Shown: positions 56,831 through 61,031 of the stretch, one piece after another | How the letters are laid out: each line of letters starts with the position of its first letter | Position numbering within the stretch: position 1 is the stretch's first letter | The notes under the pieces: model-generated | The model's input: the letters and a program-made list of their open reading frames with translations, nothing else | Told to the model about the DNA's origin: nothing | Database searches by the model: none | Program-made: the position numbers and the translations under genes | Source: a virus | Taxonomy: Duplodnaviria; Caudoviricetes | Virus record (IMG/VR): IMGVR_UViG_3300027763_000003 | Span: 1 to 61,031 of that record | Strand: one strand, 5' to 3' | DNA: 61,031 nt

Positions 56831-57227
56831 TTTGGATCTCGTGAACGCTGTGGACTTGTCTCAAATTTTGAACAAGCCTGCAGAAGATAAAGCAAAACAG
56901 CTTCCAAAGCCAAGTGGTTACCGCATTCTTTGTGCTGTACCAGAGGCAGAAGAAACCATTGATGGGTCCAGCCTTATTAAGTCCGCAGACATGATGCGGA
57001 ATGAAGAGCTGCTAACTACAGTTCTATTTGTGGTTGAGCTTGGCCCTGATTGCTACAAAGATGAAAAACGGTTCCCCAATGGACCGTACTGTAAACAAGG
57101 TGATTTTGTTCTTGTCCGGCCAAATGCTGGTACTCGGCTTCTGATCCATGACCGTGAGTTCCGCATCATCAACGATGACAGCGTTGAGGGTGTTGTTCAA
57201 GACCCCCGTGGCATTAAACGCAAATAA
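56817..57227 (+). CDS. GroES-like co-chaperonin
   Basis: PSGYRIL...VVELGPDCY...GDFVL...GTR...FRIINDDSVEGVV. Confidence 0.8.
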   Translation: MTMSNLDLVNAVDLSQILNKPAEDKAKQLPKPSGYRILCAVPEAEETIDGSSLIKSADMMRNEELLTTVLFVVELGPDCYKDEKRFPNGPYCKQGDFVLVRPNAGTRLLIHDREFRIINDDSVEGVVQDPRGIKRK

Positions 57228-57236
57228 GGAGCGTAC

Positions 57237-58148
57237 ATGAAATACGATGAATTTAAATTTCCCGACGAGAAGGATGACGACAAGATTGACAATGAGATCA
57301 TTGTTGAGATTGAAGACGATACCCCTCCAGAGGACCGGAATAAAGAACCTTTACCTGAAAAAATTAAGGAAGATCTTTACAACGATGAGTTGGAAGACTA
57401 CTCCACCAAGGTAAAGAAGAAGCTTCTGCAGATGAAGAAGCTGGCGCATGATGAGCGCCGTGAAAAAGAAGCAGCCATGCGTGAGCAAACCCAAGCAATT
57501 GAGTTTGCCCGTAAGTTGATGGATGAGAATAAAAAGCTCAAGTCCAACTTAAACAACAGTGAGAGTAATGTTATTGCAAGCGTTACCCGGGCTGTTGAAA
57601 TGGAGATGGCTGCAGCCAAGAAAGAATACCGCGAGGCGTATGACTCTGGCGATACAGACAAAGTAATGGAGGCTCAGGAAAAATTAACCGCTGCCACATT
57701 GAAGGCTGATAAGGTTAAGAACTTCCGCCCTACTGTACAGGAAGAAGAATATGTGATACAACCGCCACGGCAAGCGGTTAATACTCCTACTCAAGATCCA
57801 TCAGCGGTAGCTTGGCAACAAGATAACCCCTGGTTCGGTGAAGATGATGAAATGACCAGCCTGGCTTTGGGGTTGCATGAAAAGCTCCGCAAAGAAGGTG
57901 TTAGAGTTTCATCGCAAGAGTATTACAATCGCATCAACCAAACTATCCGCCAGCGCTTTCCAGAGAAATTTGCAGAGCAGGAGGAACAAGATACTCGGCC
58001 CAGCCGAAAAAGCTCGGTGGTTGCACCAGCTACACGGAGTACATCCGCAAAACGAGTCAAGTTGACCCAAGGTGAACTTAACTTGGCAAAGAAATTTAAC
58101 CTTACACCAGAGCAATTTGCTTCGGAAAAAATCAAATTAGGATCATAA
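57237..58148 (+). CDS. Capsid scaffolding protein
   Basis: Acidic N-terminus, coiled coil, W...NPWF, C-terminal LT..E..LAKKF.L. Confidence 0.7.
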   Translation: MKYDEFKFPDEKDDDKIDNEIIVEIEDDTPPEDRNKEPLPEKIKEDLYNDELEDYSTKVKKKLLQMKKLAHDERREKEAAMREQTQAIEFARKLMDENKKLKSNLNNSESNVIASVTRAVEMEMAAAKKEYREAYDSGDTDKVMEAQEKLTAATLKADKVKNFRPTVQEEEYVIQPPRQAVNTPTQDPSAVAWQQDNPWFGEDDEMTSLALGLHEKLRKEGVRVSSQEYYNRINQTIRQRFPEKFAEQEEQDTRPSRKSSVVAPATRSTSAKRVKLTQGELNLAKKFNLTPEQFASEKIKLGS

Positions 58149-58151
58149 ATC

Positions 58152-58601
58152 ATGGCCGAAAACAGAAAACCGCGAGAGCTTGAGGAACGATTGATGGCAG
58201 AGCGTCCAAAACAATGGTCGCAGGCAGAAACCCTGCCAGAGCCTGACAAACAGCCTGGCTATGCGTACAGATGGATCCGTGTTTCTACTTTGAGTGTTGC
58301 TGACCCCCGCAATATCTCTGGCAAGTTCCGCGAGGGATGGGAGCCAGTTACTGTTGAGGAGCAACCGAAATTTAGAATGTTGTCCGATGCCAATAGCCGC
58401 TTTAGTGGCAATATTGAAATCGGCGGGTTGTTGCTCTGCAAGTGCCCTACTGAGTTTATGGAACAGCGAAACAAATATTTTGCTGACCAGGCTAAAGCTC
58501 AAGAGGTTGCTGTGGACAATAATTTGATGCGTCAAAGCGACCCTCGTATGCCACTCTTCAATGAGCGGAAATCGTCGACCAGCTTTGGCAAAGGCGCTTA
58601 A
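58152..58601 (+). CDS. Conserved head-module protein
   Basis: YRWIR...REGWEPV...GGLLLCK. Confidence 0.7.
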   Translation: MAENRKPRELEERLMAERPKQWSQAETLPEPDKQPGYAYRWIRVSTLSVADPRNISGKFREGWEPVTVEEQPKFRMLSDANSRFSGNIEIGGLLLCKCPTEFMEQRNKYFADQAKAQEVAVDNNLMRQSDPRMPLFNERKSSTSFGKGA

Positions 58602-58621
58602 TTATTTTTTTGGAGTCTTAA

Positions 58622-59509
58622 ATGGCATATCCTACGGTCTCGGCCCCCTACGGCCTTAAGCCGGTCAATTTGATCGGAGGTCAGGTATTCGCTGGTTCTA
58701 CACGTAACGTGAAGGTCCAGTACGGATACGCTACCAATATCTTTTACGGCGATTTTGTCTCGATTACTCGTGGCTTTGTGACCCGTCTGGCAGTTACTGA
58801 TGGCGGCTCTGCTGCTACCGGTGCGGCTGGTTACGGTCAAATCGGTATCTTCTTGGGTTGCTCTTACACCAACCCTCTGACCAAGCAAAAGCAGTTCAGC
58901 CAATACTGGCCCGCTTCGACCTTGGCTGGTGATGCCGTTGCTATCGTGACTGATGACCCTGACACCATCTTCAAAGCAGCTGTTGTAACAACTCAAGGCG
59001 GTACCACTATTGGTTCGGCTTCGAGCGCAATGGTTGGTCTGAACATGACCATCTCCAACCTGGCGGGTAGCGTCAATACCGGTAACTCGTCGAACGGCAT
59101 CTTGGCAAGCTCTGCTGCTACTACCGCTGCTCTTCCTGTGAAGATTATTGATGTTGTGCCTGACACTGCTATTTCCTTGGGCACTGCCACTTGGTCTAGC
59201 GGTACTACCACCTTGACTACCTCTGCTCTGCCTAACGCATTGCCAGTTGGTACTGAAGTTGGTTTCTTGGCCGCAAATGGTCAGTACGTTGGTACAGCTA
59301 ACTGGGTTTCTACAGCAGCTACTGCTGGCGCTACCTCTGTTGTTGTCAACGCACAATATGGCGTGGTTAATGCTGGCGGCGCTGCTGCTACTGCAACCGC
59401 AATCCCAGCAAGTTCCGTGCTTGTGTTTACGCAGTACACTGAAGTTCTTTGCAAGATTAACTTTGGTTTCCACTCGTATTACACCGCGCTCGGTACTCAA
59501 ACCGCCTAA
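58622..59509 (+). CDS. Putative capsid decoration/cement protein
   Basis: APYGLKPV, IFYGD, DDPD; directly upstream of the major capsid gene. Confidence 0.6.
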   Translation: MAYPTVSAPYGLKPVNLIGGQVFAGSTRNVKVQYGYATNIFYGDFVSITRGFVTRLAVTDGGSAATGAAGYGQIGIFLGCSYTNPLTKQKQFSQYWPASTLAGDAVAIVTDDPDTIFKAAVVTTQGGTTIGSASSAMVGLNMTISNLAGSVNTGNSSNGILASSAATTAALPVKIIDVVPDTAISLGTATWSSGTTTLTTSALPNALPVGTEVGFLAANGQYVGTANWVSTAATAGATSVVVNAQYGVVNAGGAAATATAIPASSVLVFTQYTEVLCKINFGFHSYYTALGTQTA

Positions 59510-59525
59510 TAAGGAGTAACTTAAA

Positions 59526-60437
59526 ATGGCTATTTCACGCGCACAACTACTTAAAGAGTTGCTCCCCGGTCTGAACGCTTTGTTTGGTCTTGAGTACGCC
59601 CGTTATGGTGAAGAGCATAAAGAAATTTATGAAGTCGAAACCTCTGAGCGTTCTTTTGAAGAAGAAACAAAACTGTCTGGCTTCTCTGCTGCACCCGTTA
59701 AGAATGAGGGCTCCGCCATCGCTTACGACAATGCACAGGAAGCATGGACCGCTCGTTACAACCACGAAACCATCGCTCTTGGCTTCAGCTTGACTGAAGA
59801 GGCTATCGAGGACAACCTGTATGACAGCTTGTCGGCTCGTTACACCAAGGGCCTGGCTCGTGCTATGGCGTATACCAAACAAGTCAAGGGTGCTGCTCCC
59901 CTGAACAACGGCTTCAGCGCTGCCTATACCGGCGGTGATGGTGTTGCTTTGTTCAGCACCGCTCACCCCTTGGTTAATGGTGGAACCAACGGTAACACCC
60001 CAACCACCCAAGCTGACTTGAATGAGACTTCCCTGGAAGCCGCTGTTATTCAAATCGCCGCTTGGACGGATGAGCGTGGTCTGTTGATTGCTGCTAAGCC
60101 CAAAAAGCTGATCGTTCCTCCTGCTCTGCAATTCGTTGCTACTCGTCTGTTGGAAACCGAACTCCGCGTCGGTACCAACAACAACGACATCAATGCGTTG
60201 AAGAACAATGGATCGGTGGCTGAAGGCTATACCATCAACCACTTCTTGACCGACAATAACGCTTGGTTCCTGACGACTGATGTACCTAACGGTATGAAGC
60301 ACTTTGTCCGTACTCCGCTGTCTAACAGCATGGACGGCGACTTCGATACCGGTAACGTGCGTTACAAGTCTCGTGAGCGTTACAGCTTCGGCTGGTCTGA
60401 TCCTTTGGGTATGTACGGCTCTAGCGGCTCGTACTAA
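59526..60437 (+). CDS. Major capsid protein (HK97 fold, Mu gpT-like)
   Basis: MAISRAQLLKELLPGLNALFG...KLIVPPAL...RERYSFGWSD; strongly biased codon use. Confidence 0.9.
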   Translation: MAISRAQLLKELLPGLNALFGLEYARYGEEHKEIYEVETSERSFEEETKLSGFSAAPVKNEGSAIAYDNAQEAWTARYNHETIALGFSLTEEAIEDNLYDSLSARYTKGLARAMAYTKQVKGAAPLNNGFSAAYTGGDGVALFSTAHPLVNGGTNGNTPTTQADLNETSLEAAVIQIAAWTDERGLLIAAKPKKLIVPPALQFVATRLLETELRVGTNNNDINALKNNGSVAEGYTINHFLTDNNAWFLTTDVPNGMKHFVRTPLSNSMDGDFDTGNVRYKSRERYSFGWSDPLGMYGSSGSY

Positions 60438-60454
60438 ACCATAGTGTTTTAAAG

Positions 60455-60479
60455 AAGGCTCCTCCGGGGGCCTTTTTTA
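60455..60479 (+). terminator. Intrinsic terminator after the capsid gene
   Basis: AAGGCTCC-TCCG-GGGGCCTT followed by a T tract. Confidence 0.8.
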
Positions 60480-60507
60480 TTGCACCAATTTAAATTTGTG
60501 GTATATT
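60480..60507 (+). promoter_or_regulatory. Sigma70-like promoter
   Basis: TTGCAC-N16-TATATT with TGn extended -10. Confidence 0.5.
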
Positions 60508-60514
60508 GAGTTAT

Positions 60515-60582
60515 CTGGGTGATTGCCCTTACCGCCACTGCCCCAGCAGACGATGCAACGATTGGTAAGGGTTCTTTTGCAT
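60515..60582 (+). ncRNA. Putative double-pseudoknot cis-regulatory RNA
   Basis: Three interleaved helices ending right at the RBS of gene 60597. Confidence 0.55.
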
Positions 60583-60596
60583 AAGGACTTTTTGTC

Positions 60597-61031
60597 ATGG
60601 CACGTTCTACTTTCGAAGGCCCTATTCTGTCGGGCGACAACCGTTTTGGCCCTCAACGCAATGTGGGCTATACCACACTGACGCAAAACGGCTACTTGGA
60701 TCTACTCAACCTGACCGCTAACACGGCAGGCTACTCCGGCGGCTCCAGCCAGTTTGTTGTAGGTAACAACATCCCAAATGGCAACGCGACCATTTACACC
60801 CCATCTTCTACTGTGCCCTTGGCCCAGTCTACTGCTGTGGTACCGACTGCTGACACTACCAGCAATATCTATCGTGGCTTTGTGATGTACATCCCAACCG
60901 GATCTGACATTGACATTCCAATTATTGACGTAGCAGTGGTTCCTACTGGTGGCACTATCACCACTATTAAAATGTATGTATCCAATACATTTACTACTGA
61001 AGGCGGCACTCCTTTGTATGGCTCTGTATCA
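60597..61031 (+). CDS. 5' part of a putative virion structural protein following the capsid gene; continues across the circular join to 382
   Basis: ATG at 60597 after AAGGA; reads MARSTFEGPILSGDNRFG... and is open to the end, in frame with ORF 32..382. Confidence 0.85.
   Translation, partial: MARSTFEGPILSGDNRFGPQRNVGYTTLTQNGYLDLLNLTANTAGYSGGSSQFVVGNNIPNGNATIYTPSSTVPLAQSTAVVPTADTTSNIYRGFVMYIPTGSDIDIPIIDVAVVPTGGTITTIKMYVSNTFTTEGGTPLYGSVS
60905..61031. repeat. Terminal direct repeat (copy 2)
   Basis: Exact copy of 1-127. Confidence 0.95.

Noticed and set aside
58598-60302. Long antisense ORFs (58598..59500, 59547..60302)
   Set aside because: Mirror frames of highly codon-biased capsid-module genes
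60905-61031. 127-bp terminal repeat as a biological direct terminal repeat
   Set aside because: It falls mid-gene and its length matches a common assembler k-mer; best explained as circularisation overlap
1-61031. Alternative genetic code or integrated prophage
   Set aside because: Standard code gives dense full-length genes; no host genes, integrase or att-flanked boundary recognised

Overview
This window looks like a complete, circularly assembled ~60.9-kb tailed dsDNA phage genome: bases 1-127 are repeated exactly at 60905-61031 and one gene is split across the join. The virion is podovirus-like, with no tape-measure, tube or sheath genes seen; it has a P22/T7-type adaptor and nozzle and a block of ejection proteins. 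Layout: (i) + strand packaging/head module at 51.3-61 kb (TerS, a LexA-like DNA-binding protein, TerL, portal, GroES-like co-chaperonin, scaffold, decoration protein, major capsid); (ii) + strand virion/lysis module at 0-33.2 kb, with small basic or disordered proteins, fibres, holin and M15 endolysin, nozzle, ejection proteins and a 3002-aa polyvalent protein; (iii) - strand recombination block at 33.2-38.4 kb (ERF, PD-(D/E)xK exonuclease, lipoprotein); (iv) structured non-coding region at 38.8-39.6 kb; (v) + strand accessory/replication block at 39.6-47.3 kb (HNH, repeat-bounded cassettes, ParB-like protein, SF2 helicase, Toprim primase); (vi) - strand GC-richer small putative early genes at 47.3-51.1 kb. 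I saw no DNA polymerase, integrase, tRNA, CRISPR array or reverse transcriptase. A betaproteobacterial freshwater host is a guess from gene style only. The main unexplained signals are a genome-wide palindrome CAACTRTAACA-N1/2-TGTTAYAGTTG, with a tandem pair just upstream of the LexA-like gene; a shared hydrophobic-x-x-G-G peptide motif repeated ~19 times in 8 late proteins; a repeat-delimited gene-cassette array; and several pseudoknotted or alternative-fold RNA elements. All product calls come from motif recognition by eye; no database searches were run.
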